From Gammaproteobacteria bacterium (GTDB lineage: Bacteria > Pseudomonadota > Gammaproteobacteria > UBA12402), in the NCBI GenBank assembly GCA_018812595.1, contig JAHJDF010000012.1, positions 276 to 64,275 of the forward strand: a stretch of DNA of 64,000 bases. The letters are read 5' to 3'. Positions 50,167 to 60,454 of this stretch are shown here, piece by piece (position 1 is the stretch's first letter; every line of letters starts with the position of its first letter). The translations under genes and the position numbers were made by a program. The notes below the pieces were generated by a model. It was not told the origin of the DNA. It did no database searches and saw only the letters and a program-made list of their open reading frames with translations.

Positions 50167-50651
50167 TGGCCTTTTTGGACGCTGTGGACATGGATCTACC
50201 CGATCTACAGTGTCAGCTGTCAGATTGCATTTCCCTGATTGCGACAACTCAATTCACCATTCATCCGTATTATGAGCAAGATATAGAAAGCTTTTCCCAA
50301 GAAATTGAAGCGCTGACCGACAAGATGAAAAAAAACCATGTGTTGCTGTTGACGAAATATTGCGTCGAAAAAAAATTGATGACGTTAAATTTCTGGAGAG
50401 ATTTAGAAGGACGCGAAGTCGATTGGGTGTTGAGTTGCGGAAATAAAATTTTGCCGATTGAAGTCAAATGGACGGATAAACCTGCAATGAAAGATTTACG
50501 TCATTTGAATACTTTCCTAAACGATTATCGGCTCAAGAAAAGTTTTGTTGTTTGCAGAATAAAAAAAGCAACAATTTCGTTATTTTTGCACAGCAACTTG
50601 AAATTACCTGAATTAGGATGGTCTGTAATATATGGCCCAATTTCTGTGTAA
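50163..50651 (+). pseudogene. Remnant (C-terminal DUF4143-like portion) of a COG1373 ATPase gene
   Basis: LNFWRDLEGREVDWVL...ILPIEVKWTDKP resembles the C-terminal domain of the intact COG1373 ATPase at 37663..38805 (FWSTHTGAELDLLL...LGFEFKYSSSPK). The P-loop domain is missing. Confidence 0.45.
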
Positions 50652-50696
50652 TTAACCAATAGAGAGAGAAGATTCCGTGCTTATGGCCGTCTGCAT

Positions 50697-51938
50697 CTAA
50701 AAGAACTTGAACCATTTCACCATTCTTGACCAGATACCCTCAGCATCGTTTTCGTTGAGAATGAGCTCTGGATTGTCTGAGTATTCTTGTTGATACCCAT
50801 ACAACAACAACCCAATGCAAGTGGAGAATTTTGGATTACGAACTACATCGATAAGTCCGCTGACATTTTCAGGCATTCCTAATCGAACCGGCGCCTGAAA
50901 AATACGTTCTGCCAAATCTATGGCACCTGGAATCATAGAAGCACCGCCCGTTAATACGATGCCCGCGGCAATTAAATCTTCAAAACCGCTGCGTCTAATT
51001 TCTGCGCGCACCAAAGAGAACAGCTCTTCATACCGAGGCTCACAAACCTCGCTTAACACTTGCTTCGGTAATTTTCTACCCGGGCGATTACCCACAGAGG
51101 ACACTTCAAAAGTTTCGTTAGACAAAGCTAATTCAACTAAAGCACACCCGTGTTTCAACTTAATTTCTTCTGCATTTTGTGTCGGCGTACGCAAAGCAAT
51201 AGCAATGTCGTTCGTCACCTGATCGCCTGCAATTGGAATCACCGCTGTATGACGAATTGCACCGTCTGTAAAAATTGCAATGTCAGTCGTTCCGCCGCCA
51301 ATATCGATCAAACAAACGCCGAGTTCTTTTTCGTCTTCCGTTAATACAGAATAACTAGAAGCCAACTGCTCAAGAATCATGTCGCTCACTTGCAGCCCAC
51401 AGCGCTTTACACATTTCACAATGTTCTGAGCTGCGCTCACAGCACCCGTCACGATGTGTACCTTTGCTTCTAAACGCACACCCGACATACCAACCGGCTC
51501 ATGGATACAATCTTGATTATCGATCACAAATTCCTGCGGCAGGATATGAAGAATTTTTTGATCGGCTGGAATAGCCACAGCTTTTGCTGCATCAATGACA
51601 CGATCCACATCTGTTTGTGTCACTTCTTGATCACGAATCGCCACGATGCCATGCGAATTCAAACTGCGAATATGGCTTCCTGCGATCCCTGCATAAGCGG
51701 CATGGATGTCACACCCGGCCATTAACTCCGCCTCTTCAATCGCATGCTTAATCGAGTTCACCGTAGACTCGATATTAACCACCACACCTCTCTTCAATCC
51801 TTTAGACGCACTCGACCCAACACCCACAACATTCACAACCCCTTGAGAGGACACTTCTCCAACAACGGCAACTACTTTTGATGTACCAATATCAATTCCT
51901 ACTATCAATTTTTTTTCGGGTTGTTTGCGTTTTGACAT
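50697..51938 (-). CDS. ftsA: Cell division protein FtsA
   Basis: Actin-fold motifs (VGIDIGTSKV, DIGGGTTD) and a C-terminal amphipathic helix. 413-416 aa. Start set at the second Met; the track ORF extends to 51947. Confidence 0.95.
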   Translation of the reverse strand: MSKRKQPEKKLIVGIDIGTSKVVAVVGEVSSQGVVNVVGVGSSASKGLKRGVVVNIESTVNSIKHAIEEAELMAGCDIHAAYAGIAGSHIRSLNSHGIVAIRDQEVTQTDVDRVIDAAKAVAIPADQKILHILPQEFVIDNQDCIHEPVGMSGVRLEAKVHIVTGAVSAAQNIVKCVKRCGLQVSDMILEQLASSYSVLTEDEKELGVCLIDIGGGTTDIAIFTDGAIRHTAVIPIAGDQVTNDIAIALRTPTQNAEEIKLKHGCALVELALSNETFEVSSVGNRPGRKLPKQVLSEVCEPRYEELFSLVRAEIRRSGFEDLIAAGIVLTGGASMIPGAIDLAERIFQAPVRLGMPENVSGLIDVVRNPKFSTCIGLLLYGYQQEYSDNPELILNENDAEGIWSRMVKWFKFF

Positions 51939-51983
51939 AAAAATCACCGTTTAAGTTATTGAATTAAGTGCTTAAAAAATAGG

Positions 51984-52676
51984 TTATTTCCATCGGACGG
52001 CCATACCGTGCGCGTATCGTAGATCAACTTCCTGAAGTTGGGTAGCGCGCGCGGCAAATACTTTGGGATACAATTTTACGAAGCGTTTTAACTGTTCGAG
52101 CGCTTGAACATTGCCTAAATGAACGGTCACACCGTTACTCAATTGCACCGACCAAGAGTTGGCTGCATCGATCGCAAATTGTGAAATAGATAAATGAAGA
52201 GGCGCCAAAACAACCGACATTTGTTGATAGTCGCTCAACATCTCAACGCTTGAATCATCAGGCCCTATCAATTGAGGTAAAGAAGTAAATTCATCCATTG
52301 GAATTTTGGCGACAAAGGTTTCGCCATAAGCATTCAGAAAATCATTTCGATTCCAAACGACGATCGCTTTTTCTGGATCTATTTGAATCACCAACTCATG
52401 AGGCCAAACTTTTTTGACATCCACCGAAGCAACCCACGGCAGATTCTGTAAAGAAGCTTGCACTTTAGAAAGACGTACATTAAAAAAATTCGTCTTTGGC
52501 TGAAGTTCAGTCGTTAACAAACGTTGGATATTAACTGTTTCGTTTGAACCAAAATTCCCTTCAACGCGCACCGAGGTGATTGGTAAGAAACGATTGGAAA
52601 GAGCTCTAAAGCCTATAAAACAGGCAATAATGGCTACGGCAATAAGCACTCCTAAAGAAATTTTTTTCCAAGACAT
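51984..52676 (-). CDS. ftsQ: Cell division protein FtsQ
   Basis: N-terminal TM helix then POTRA/FtsQ domain; placed between murB and ftsA. Confidence 0.8.
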   Translation of the reverse strand: MSWKKISLGVLIAVAIIACFIGFRALSNRFLPITSVRVEGNFGSNETVNIQRLLTTELQPKTNFFNVRLSKVQASLQNLPWVASVDVKKVWPHELVIQIDPEKAIVVWNRNDFLNAYGETFVAKIPMDEFTSLPQLIGPDDSSVEMLSDYQQMSVVLAPLHLSISQFAIDAANSWSVQLSNGVTVHLGNVQALEQLKRFVKLYPKVFAARATQLQEVDLRYAHGMAVRWK

Positions 52677-52684
52677 TGAAATCC

Positions 52685-53599
52685 CTAACCTATTATTTTG
52701 ATTTCTGTCACCAAATGAACACCAAAGTTTTCATCAACTTTCTGCTGAATCAAACGAATCAATTGCTCAATGTCTGTAGCCGTTGCTCGCCCTTGATTCA
52801 CAATAAAATTCGCATGTTTTTCTGAGACACATGCGTCCCCAACACAAAATCCCTTTAACCCACATACTTCAATCAATCGACCAGCAAAATCATCTTTGGG
52901 GTTTTGAAACACAGAACCTGCATTGGGCAAAGTCAAAGGCTGCGTATCCCTCCGTCTCTTTAAAATTTCTTGTATTTTTCTTTTAGACGCCAATTCATCT
53001 CCAGGCTCACCAATAAAATAAGCAGCAGTAAACCAACGCTGTTCTTGCAAAGCCCCCTTGAGTTGCACCTGTCGATATCCAATGTCGAATTCATGCGGGT
53101 AACACAAACAGACTTCCCCTGTTCTATCAATCATTTCAGCAACCGCTACATGCTCCCAGGTACACGATCCATGAGCCCCGGCATTCATCACCAATGCACC
53201 GCCAATCGTGCCTGGAATACCGGCTAAAAATTCAATGCCTCCAAAACCTTGTTGAACCATCCAATGCGCAAAGTGTGGGCTCAAACAACCGCATTCCACG
53301 CGCACAAGAGAAACCGTCGTTAGGTCTTCTTCTATTAATGCAGAACTAAGAAATTTTGGCATCAGCTGCAATGTCTGTAGATTTTTTGTGAGAATCACAG
53401 TGCCTTTAAACCCACTATCACAAACCAAAACATTACTTCCCTGCCCTAACCACATCAGTGGTTCTTCTTTTGGCAGTTGGATTAAAAATTCTTTTAGATC
53501 TTCGAAGTCCGTAGGAATAAAAACGGTTTTGGCCATCCCGCCGACTTTCCACGTCGTGAAATCTGCTAACGACACTTGATGTAACAGCCGACCTTTCAT
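52685..53599 (-). CDS. murB: UDP-N-acetylenolpyruvoylglucosamine reductase
   Basis: FAD-binding domain (GQGSNVLV), about 300 aa, within the dcw cluster. Confidence 0.85.
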   Translation of the reverse strand: MKGRLLHQVSLADFTTWKVGGMAKTVFIPTDFEDLKEFLIQLPKEEPLMWLGQGSNVLVCDSGFKGTVILTKNLQTLQLMPKFLSSALIEEDLTTVSLVRVECGCLSPHFAHWMVQQGFGGIEFLAGIPGTIGGALVMNAGAHGSCTWEHVAVAEMIDRTGEVCLCYPHEFDIGYRQVQLKGALQEQRWFTAAYFIGEPGDELASKRKIQEILKRRRDTQPLTLPNAGSVFQNPKDDFAGRLIEVCGLKGFCVGDACVSEKHANFIVNQGRATATDIEQLIRLIQQKVDENFGVHLVTEIKIIG

Positions 53600-53657
53600 G
53601 TTTGATTCACCTTTTCATCATCCCCGCCATCGAAGTCATCCCTACGTAAACAAAAAA

Positions 53658-55034
53658 TCACCCAACAATTTCTCTCATGATTCGACTCACGCTACCAGCG
53701 CCTTGAGAGAAAACAACGTCCCCTTCTTTTACGACACGATTCAATACCTTCGAAAGCTCCTTTGCATCGGACACAAAGATAGGGTCTATCAACCCTTTTT
53801 CGCGAATCTTTTGACACAACGATTGTGCGTCCGCACCTTCAATTAAAGTCTCTCCTGCAGCATATTCTTTCAGCACAATTAACACATCGACCTTGGACAA
53901 CACTTCCACGAACTCCTGAAACAAATCCCGCGTACGAGTATAACGATGTGGCTGAAACACCATCACAAAACGTCGATTGGGCCAACAGTCACGAACTGCT
54001 TGTGCAGTCGCAGCAAGCTCAGTGGGATGGTGACCGTAATCATCAAAAACACTGGCAGTACCTTGCGCAAAAATATGTTCTCCAAGAGGCTGAAAACGTC
54101 GACCCACCCCCGCAAATTTCTTTAGTGCGGAAACAATTACATCATCAGAAACTCCTATTTCCCGAGCAACAGCAATGGTCGAAAGAGCGTTCAATGCGTT
54201 GTGTTTTCCCGGTAAATTCAAAGAAACTTTCATCGGATCATAATGATCGTAAGCAGGAACTAAGAAATGGGTCTTGATCCCTTGCTGCTGATAATCAACT
54301 ACTCTCACCAAAGCATCTTCTGAAAATCCATACGTAATGATGGGCCGCTCGACTTGCTTACATAATTGCTTCACGGTCTCGTTATCAACACAGCAAACAG
54401 CTAATCCATAAAAAGGCAAACGATGTAAGAACTCGATAAACGTTTGCACCAATTCGTTAAAATCCCCGTGATACGTCTCCATGTGATCCGCATCGATGTT
54501 CGTCACGATCGACATAATCGGCATTAACCGCAAAAACGAAGCATCGCTTTCGTCTGCTTCAGCCACTAAATAACGCCCTGATCCTAAGCCCGCATTAGAC
54601 CCCGCGCTGTTCAGCACACCGCCAATTACAAACGTTGGATCCAATCCGTCTTCCGCCAAAATACTGGCCATCAAGCTGGTTGTGGTTGTTTTTCCATGCG
54701 TACCCGAAACGGCAATCCCTGTACGAAATCGCATCAATTCCGCCAACATAGCCGCCCGCGGCACTACAGGAATATTGAGCTTCTTTGCAGCAACCACTTC
54801 TATGTTGTCAGGTCGCACAGCAGAAGAAATCACCAAAACATCTGCACCAACAACATGACTTTCATCGTGTCCATAAAAAACCTTTGCGCCCAATTCACTT
54901 AGATTTCTCGTAAGTGCATTTTCCGACAAATCAGATCCGGAAATGGCATACCCTTCTCTCAATAATACCTCAGCAATACCTGCCATCCCGACACCACCGA
55001 TACCAACAAAATGGATCTGATGAATTCGCCTCAT
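53658..55034 (-). CDS. murC: UDP-N-acetylmuramate--L-alanine ligase
   Basis: MRRIHQIHFVGIGGVGMAGIAEVL N-terminus and the Mur ligase P-loop GTHGKTTTT. Start set at the internal Met; the track ORF extends to 55067. Confidence 0.92.
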   Translation of the reverse strand: MRRIHQIHFVGIGGVGMAGIAEVLLREGYAISGSDLSENALTRNLSELGAKVFYGHDESHVVGADVLVISSAVRPDNIEVVAAKKLNIPVVPRAAMLAELMRFRTGIAVSGTHGKTTTTSLMASILAEDGLDPTFVIGGVLNSAGSNAGLGSGRYLVAEADESDASFLRLMPIMSIVTNIDADHMETYHGDFNELVQTFIEFLHRLPFYGLAVCCVDNETVKQLCKQVERPIITYGFSEDALVRVVDYQQQGIKTHFLVPAYDHYDPMKVSLNLPGKHNALNALSTIAVAREIGVSDDVIVSALKKFAGVGRRFQPLGEHIFAQGTASVFDDYGHHPTELAATAQAVRDCWPNRRFVMVFQPHRYTRTRDLFQEFVEVLSKVDVLIVLKEYAAGETLIEGADAQSLCQKIREKGLIDPIFVSDAKELSKVLNRVVKEGDVVFSQGAGSVSRIMREIVG

Positions 55035-55080
55035 ACCAATTCCATGACTCAAACCATATTTATTCACCGATCAACTCCCC

Positions 55081-55175
55081 TACGTATTAGTCGTCATTCC
55101 CGCCTAAGCTTAGAATCCAGAAAATATATTCATCTGGATCCTTAGCTTTCGCGGGGATGACAAGACAGTTGCTAC
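55081..55175. repeat. Palindromic REP/MITE element (about 70 bp, 28-bp stem) overlapping the 3' end of murG
   Basis: gtcattcccgcctaagcttagaatccag-aaaatatattcat-ctggatccttagctttcgcggggatgac followed by aagacagttgctacaac. The final about 15 codons of the murG ORF (SSPRKLRIQMNIFSGF) are encoded by it. Confidence 0.85.
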
Positions 55176-56288
55176 AACTTGTTCTGTCACATGAACTTGT
55201 CTCAAACCATAAGATCGTTCTGCCATTTCAAGCAATGCCTTGCGATCCAAATAACGCTCTCGCAAAAGTTCAAGCAATCGTGTTTTGGTAAATTGATCTT
55301 GCGAAATCATTTCACCTGCTTTTTTTCGCACTAAAAATAAAGCGTTTTTTGTTTGGTGATCATCCACAGCTTGAGGAAACGGCACAAAAAAAACAGCCAT
55401 CCCCACAGCACATAATTCCGCCACGGTTAAAGCCCCTGAACGACAAAGGACGACATCCGCCCAATCATAAGCAGCAGCCATATCGTAAATAAAAGCATCA
55501 ACGCGAGCAGTCAGGTTGAGCGCTGCATATTTTTGTTTTGTCTCTTCCAAATGCTTCTCACCGGTCTGATGCCACACCTCTAAATGTTCTTGATCCGACA
55601 ATAAAGCAAGCGCCTCTGGCACCACTCGATTAAAAACCGAAGCCCCTTGGCTTCCACCAAAAACTAACAATCGAATAGAACCTTCATGCCGAGCATAACG
55701 TTTCTTGGGAGCATCTAATTGAAGTAAATCATGACGAACCGGGTTGCCGACATAATGAAATTTTTTCCAAGCCGATGTGTTTTGATGCGAACAACAGCAA
55801 CCGTTCGCGCATTTGTTTGCTTGCTTTAGATACTCCACTGGAAAACCGGTTAAGACACAATCAGCAAAATTCGACAACACTTGATTGGTCATCCCCAACA
55901 CAGAATTTTGTTCATGCAACACCAGTCGCTTACGCAATAACCATGCAGCAATCCCTCCAGGACCGGCTGCATAACCACCCATTCCTAAAACAACATCCGG
56001 CTTAAATCTTCTTATGACACGCATGGCCTGAAAAATCGCTTTCATCAATTGCCACGGCAAAGAACACCATCTTTTAAATCCTGTTCCCCGCACACCCCTA
56101 ATCGATAAACGGTGTAATGGAATATCTTCTTTTGCCAACAACTTATTTTCTAGACCATGAAAAGTTCCCAGCCATTCCACCGAATGTCCTTTCTTAAGCA
56201 ACAAACGAGCAACCGCCAATCCTGGAAAAATATGCCCCCCAGTCCCCCCAGCAATGATCAATACTCTTCGACGAGTCGATGCAACCAT
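55110..56288 (-). CDS. murG: Undecaprenyl-PP-MurNAc-pentapeptide-UDPGlcNAc GlcNAc transferase
   Basis: VLIIAGGTGGHIFPGLAVA N-terminus and a GT28 fold. About 35 aa longer than typical because the reading frame continues into the REP element. Confidence 0.9.
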   Translation of the reverse strand: MVASTRRRVLIIAGGTGGHIFPGLAVARLLLKKGHSVEWLGTFHGLENKLLAKEDIPLHRLSIRGVRGTGFKRWCSLPWQLMKAIFQAMRVIRRFKPDVVLGMGGYAAGPGGIAAWLLRKRLVLHEQNSVLGMTNQVLSNFADCVLTGFPVEYLKQANKCANGCCCSHQNTSAWKKFHYVGNPVRHDLLQLDAPKKRYARHEGSIRLLVFGGSQGASVFNRVVPEALALLSDQEHLEVWHQTGEKHLEETKQKYAALNLTARVDAFIYDMAAAYDWADVVLCRSGALTVAELCAVGMAVFFVPFPQAVDDHQTKNALFLVRKKAGEMISQDQFTKTRLLELLRERYLDRKALLEMAERSYGLRQVHVTEQVVATVLSSPRKLRIQMNIFSGF

Positions 56289-56319
56289 GTAAGAAATCCA
56301 TAAAAAATATTTTAAACAA

Positions 56320-57477
56320 TCACCAATCTAACAAGCGGTGAACGTTTTTTTCTCGGCGATTGGTTTCGTAATCAATACGAAGCAGTAACGCGACAACAAT
56401 GGCAACAATCAAGATACTGCTGCCGCCATAACTAAATAAAGGAAGGGTTAATCCTTTCGTCGGCAATAAACCAGCATTTACACCGATATTCACAATGATT
56501 TGCATTGAGAACCACAAACCGAATCCATATGCCATATAGCCCGCCCCATGCATGTCCGCCAACTGTGCACGTCGACCAATGAAGAAAATACGCCAGATGA
56601 ACACAATATAGAGACCAATCATGGCTAAGACTCCGAGCAACCCCAGTTCTTCAGCCAACACAGCAAATAAGAAATCCGTATGCGCTTCGGGCAAATAAAA
56701 TAATTTTTGAATACTGCCGCCCAACCCCACACCAAAGAGTCCGCCGCGTCCAAATGCAATCAAAGACTGAGTCAATTGATACCCACTGGAATATTGATGC
56801 GCCCACGGATTCAAGAATGAAGTCAAACGCAACACACGATAGGGAGAAGAAATAGCCAAAATCGCCATCACTGTCAGCATCGCCAAAGAAAACATTAAAA
56901 AGATTTTGAGGCGCATTCCCGCTAAAAACATCATGCCAACAACTGTCACAACCAAAACAGCTGTTGCCCCGTAATCAGGTTCCAGAAGCAATAAAAGAGC
57001 AAGCACTCCCAAAACGATCAAAGGCCGGATTAACCCTTCAAGCGTCGAACGCACCTCCTGATGATGTCGAACGAGATAACTGGACAGATAAAGCACCATC
57101 GCCAATTTTACAAATTCGGAAACCTGCAATTGCAGAGGTCCAAAACCAATCCAACGGCTGCTGCCATTCACCTGGCGGCCCAATCCCGGAATCAAAACAG
57201 CAACCAACAACACAAGGCCAATTAACAATAAAAAAATACCGTATTGTTGCCACGTCGCGATGGAGGTACGAATAACAATGCAGGCGATTAAAAAGCCCAA
57301 CAGCAAATACATGCCTTGTCTGAGAAGAAAGTGGAAAGGCATTCCGAACGTGCGTTCAGAAATAGCCATCGAAGCAGAAGTCACCATGACCAAACCAAAA
57401 CAACTGAGCGCAATCACTGAAAACAGCAAGTAAGGGTCATAGTTTTGAAAAATTTGTTGTACTTTTTTATTGATCAT
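56320..57477 (-). CDS. ftsW: Peptidoglycan glycosyltransferase FtsW (SEDS family)
   Basis: Ten TM helices with SEDS-family blocks; dcw position between murD and murG. Confidence 0.9.
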   Translation of the reverse strand: MINKKVQQIFQNYDPYLLFSVIALSCFGLVMVTSASMAISERTFGMPFHFLLRQGMYLLLGFLIACIVIRTSIATWQQYGIFLLLIGLVLLVAVLIPGLGRQVNGSSRWIGFGPLQLQVSEFVKLAMVLYLSSYLVRHHQEVRSTLEGLIRPLIVLGVLALLLLLEPDYGATAVLVVTVVGMMFLAGMRLKIFLMFSLAMLTVMAILAISSPYRVLRLTSFLNPWAHQYSSGYQLTQSLIAFGRGGLFGVGLGGSIQKLFYLPEAHTDFLFAVLAEELGLLGVLAMIGLYIVFIWRIFFIGRRAQLADMHGAGYMAYGFGLWFSMQIIVNIGVNAGLLPTKGLTLPLFSYGGSSILIVAIVVALLLRIDYETNRREKNVHRLLDW

Positions 57478-58828
57478 TGCCTTGTGCTAATGCTTGAACT
57501 TTTTCCATAAAGACATCGCCGCGATGTTTGTAGTTATTAAACATGTCAAAACTCGCGCATGCTGGTGATAACAACACAAGATCTCCTCGCAATGCCGCCA
57601 AATCGGCTTTTTTGATTGCACCATCGATGCTGTCGCCCGCATGTTCCATGTCACAGCAACCATCCAAAACAACCGCTAATTGTTTCGCGGCTTCGCCAAT
57701 CAAGATTAATTTGCGTACGTATTTTTTTACGGACTCACGCAAAGGTGAAAAATCAGCGCCTTTGCCAATGCCTCCTGCGATTAAGACGATCTTGCCTTTT
57801 ATGCCGACACCTAACCCTTCTAACGCAGCAATGGTCGCCCCGACGTTGGTGCCTTTTGAATCGTTATACCAACTGATGCCCCCACTTTTTAAAATGAACT
57901 GACAACGATGCGGCAATCCTGAAAATGTCTTCAACGTTTCCAACATAGCTTCTAATGGAAAACCCGCACAAGAACCGATCGCTAAAGCGGCTAATGCATT
58001 TTCAATGTTATGCATGCCCTTAATTTTTACGGCTTGAGCTAAAAGCAATAATTCTTCTCCACGCGCAAGATAGAGCTCTCCATGATGAGTCCTTACTCCA
58101 AATTCATTGGCGGATGGTTCCGTCAAACCGAAGCTCACTCTCTGACAAGGAACAGTTGGTTTCGTTAATGGGTCACGTCGGTTAAAAACAGCGTGTTTTG
58201 CGCCAACGTAAATCCTGTGCTTCGCAGCCGTGTATTCCTCCATGTTGGCGTAACGATCCATATGGTCTTCTGTAACATTTAAAATAGCAGCGACTTCAGC
58301 ACGCAAGGAATGCGTCGTTTCTAATTGGAAACTCGACAACTCTAAAACATATAAATCCGCGGATTGATCGTTTAAGACATCCAAAACGGGCAACCCAATA
58401 TTGCCGGCCACTTGAACGTTAATCCCCGCTTGCCTGGCCATCTCTCCCACTAAAGCTGTGGTCGTACTTTTCGCATTGGCGCCTGTAATCCCAATGATGG
58501 GTGCTTTGATTTTTCGAATAAATAATTCAACATCTCCTGCATAAGGAATGCCTTTCGCAATCGCTTTTGCAATCTCAGGCTCTTTCAAAGACACGCCGGG
58601 ACTGATAATCAATTCCGCAGCATTTTGAATAAGCTCAGAGTCAAGCCTTCCAAAAACTGCAGGGGCCTTCGGGGCAAGTTTTTCAAGCTCCTCTTTGCCT
58701 GGAGGATTCTCTCTAGAATCCGTTACCGCAAAATTCAACCCTTCTCGAATGCAATAACGCACACAAGACATTCCCGTTAATCCAAGGCCAACAACCACAT
58801 GTAAGGGCTGTTTTTCTGTTGTTTTCAT
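57467..58828 (-). CDS. murD: UDP-N-acetylmuramoylalanine--D-glutamate ligase
   Basis: Mur ligase motifs (GITGANAKSTTT) and N-terminal MurD Rossmann region (VVGLGLTGMS). Confidence 0.92.
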   Translation of the reverse strand: MKTTEKQPLHVVVGLGLTGMSCVRYCIREGLNFAVTDSRENPPGKEELEKLAPKAPAVFGRLDSELIQNAAELIISPGVSLKEPEIAKAIAKGIPYAGDVELFIRKIKAPIIGITGANAKSTTTALVGEMARQAGINVQVAGNIGLPVLDVLNDQSADLYVLELSSFQLETTHSLRAEVAAILNVTEDHMDRYANMEEYTAAKHRIYVGAKHAVFNRRDPLTKPTVPCQRVSFGLTEPSANEFGVRTHHGELYLARGEELLLLAQAVKIKGMHNIENALAALAIGSCAGFPLEAMLETLKTFSGLPHRCQFILKSGGISWYNDSKGTNVGATIAALEGLGVGIKGKIVLIAGGIGKGADFSPLRESVKKYVRKLILIGEAAKQLAVVLDGCCDMEHAGDSIDGAIKKADLAALRGDLVLLSPACASFDMFNNYKHRGDVFMEKVQALAQGNDQ

Positions 58829-58838
58829 AAAATTTCCC

Positions 58839-59930
58839 TCATCGCAATTTCAATGTTGCTAAACCACATAAAACCAGAATAAAAGTGATGATCCAAAAAC
58901 GTACAATGACGCGCGGCTCTGGCCATCCTTTTAATTCAAAATGATGATGAATCGGCGCCATCTTAAAAATGCGTTTCCCTGTTAAACGGAAAGAAACAAC
59001 CTGCAAGATCACCGAAACTGTTTCTAGCACAAAGACTCCGCCCATCAATGCCAACACCAATTCTTGACGAACAATCACTGCAATCGTGCCAATCGCAGCG
59101 CCTAAACCTAATGCACCTACGTCACCCATGAACACTTGCGCCGGATATGTGTTGTACCAAAGAAAACCCAGTCCTGCGCCTACAATCGCTCCGCAAATAA
59201 TCACAAGTTCTCCGACGCCCGGGATATAAGGAATCATTAAATAAGTAGAGAAATGGAAATTTCCTGTGACATAAGCAAAGACGCCAAATGCTGCGATGAT
59301 CATAACGGAAGGAAGGATTGCCAAACCATCTAGTACATCCGTTAAATTGACCGCATTACTGGTTCCAACAATAACGAAGTAACTAAAGAAAAGGTAAACA
59401 GGCCCTAATTCAATAAGAACGTTTTTAAAAAATGGAACAAACAACTCTGTTTCTGCGGGCATCAAGGCGGAAAAATAAAGATAAGTTACTCCCGCTAACG
59501 CCACGATCGATTGAAACAAATATTTCTTCTTTGCGGACAATCCACGGCTGTCTTTCAACAATAATTTACGGTAATCGTCATACCAACCGATGAGCCCAAA
59601 ACCCAAGGTCTCCAGTAAAACCACCCACACATAACGGTTTGTCAAATCACCCCACAATAAAGTGGAAATAGTGATCGCGATCAAAATTAAGGTACCGCCC
59701 ATAGTTGGAGTACCCGCTTTCTTGAGATGAGACTGTGGGCCATCTGCACGCACAACCTGTCCAATCTGATGCCGTGTTAACCGTCGAATAAAGAAGGGGC
59801 CTAAAAGCAAAGCAACAAATAGAGCGGTTAGTGCACTTAAAATGGTTCGAAAGGTTAGATATTGAAAAACATTAAAGGCGTGAAAATAATTTTCTAGTAA
59901 AGAAGCCAACCACAACAGCATAAAACTCAC
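58839..59930 (-). CDS. mraY: Phospho-N-acetylmuramoyl-pentapeptide transferase
   Basis: 363 aa polytopic protein with the MraY DDxxD-like motif (GWYDDYRKL) and PIHHHFE. Confidence 0.92.
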   Translation of the reverse strand: MSFMLLWLASLLENYFHAFNVFQYLTFRTILSALTALFVALLLGPFFIRRLTRHQIGQVVRADGPQSHLKKAGTPTMGGTLILIAITISTLLWGDLTNRYVWVVLLETLGFGLIGWYDDYRKLLLKDSRGLSAKKKYLFQSIVALAGVTYLYFSALMPAETELFVPFFKNVLIELGPVYLFFSYFVIVGTSNAVNLTDVLDGLAILPSVMIIAAFGVFAYVTGNFHFSTYLMIPYIPGVGELVIICGAIVGAGLGFLWYNTYPAQVFMGDVGALGLGAAIGTIAVIVRQELVLALMGGVFVLETVSVILQVVSFRLTGKRIFKMAPIHHHFELKGWPEPRVIVRFWIITFILVLCGLATLKLR

Positions 59931-60039
59931 CTAAACAGCTTATTTGAGAGCGCGCGAATGTATCACATTTCAAATGTTCGCTAACGTTTTTGTGGCGAGC
60001 ACAAACATCATCCATGCACACTGCCATCATCCTCAAAGC

Positions 60040-60300
60040 ACCCTGCCATCATTCCCACAACCCCCCATCGTCATCCCTAGCTGCAGCTAAGGATCCAGAA
60101 TTGATATCTTTCCTGGATTCCCGCCTACGCGGGAATGACGGCTTTAAAAGCCATAACAAAGATCACTTGGAAAGTGGATTCCCGCCTACGCGGGAATGAC
60201 GGACTACGCGGGAATGACGGACTATGCGGGAATGACGGACTATGCGGGAATGACGGAAGAAACATAGGACCCAGATCTCTTACCCGTCATCCCCGCCTTA
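60040..60300. repeat. REP cluster including about four tandem copies of an 18-bp unit (cgcgggaatgacggacta)
   Basis: cgtcatccctagctgcagctaaggatccag ... ctggattcccgcctacgcgggaatgacgg (two copies) then gactacgcgggaatgacgg iterated. ORFs 59990..60199 and 60135..60323 are repeat translations. Confidence 0.85.
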
Positions 60301-60393
60301 CACTTAACCCGCCTTACACTTAATAAGAGCTATAACAAACCAAGACGATTTCTACATGAGCGCTTTTCTTACCTTTTAATGGGTAATTTTTTG

Positions 60394-60426
60394 TTTGACA
60401 CATACCCACATATGAGTAATTTATCA
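60394..60426 (+). promoter_or_regulatory. Candidate sigma70-type promoter for the small ORF at 60455
   Basis: TTGACA at about 60394 followed 16-17 nt later by TAATTT. An AAAGGAG RBS lies 6 nt before the ATG. Confidence 0.25.
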
Positions 60427-60454
60427 CCGCTTTTACCCAAAAAAGGAGAAAAAC

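Noticed and set aside
59990-60323. ORFs 59990..60199 and 60135..60323 (LRGNDGLRGNDGL...)
   Set aside because: Translations of the 18-bp tandem REP repeats.
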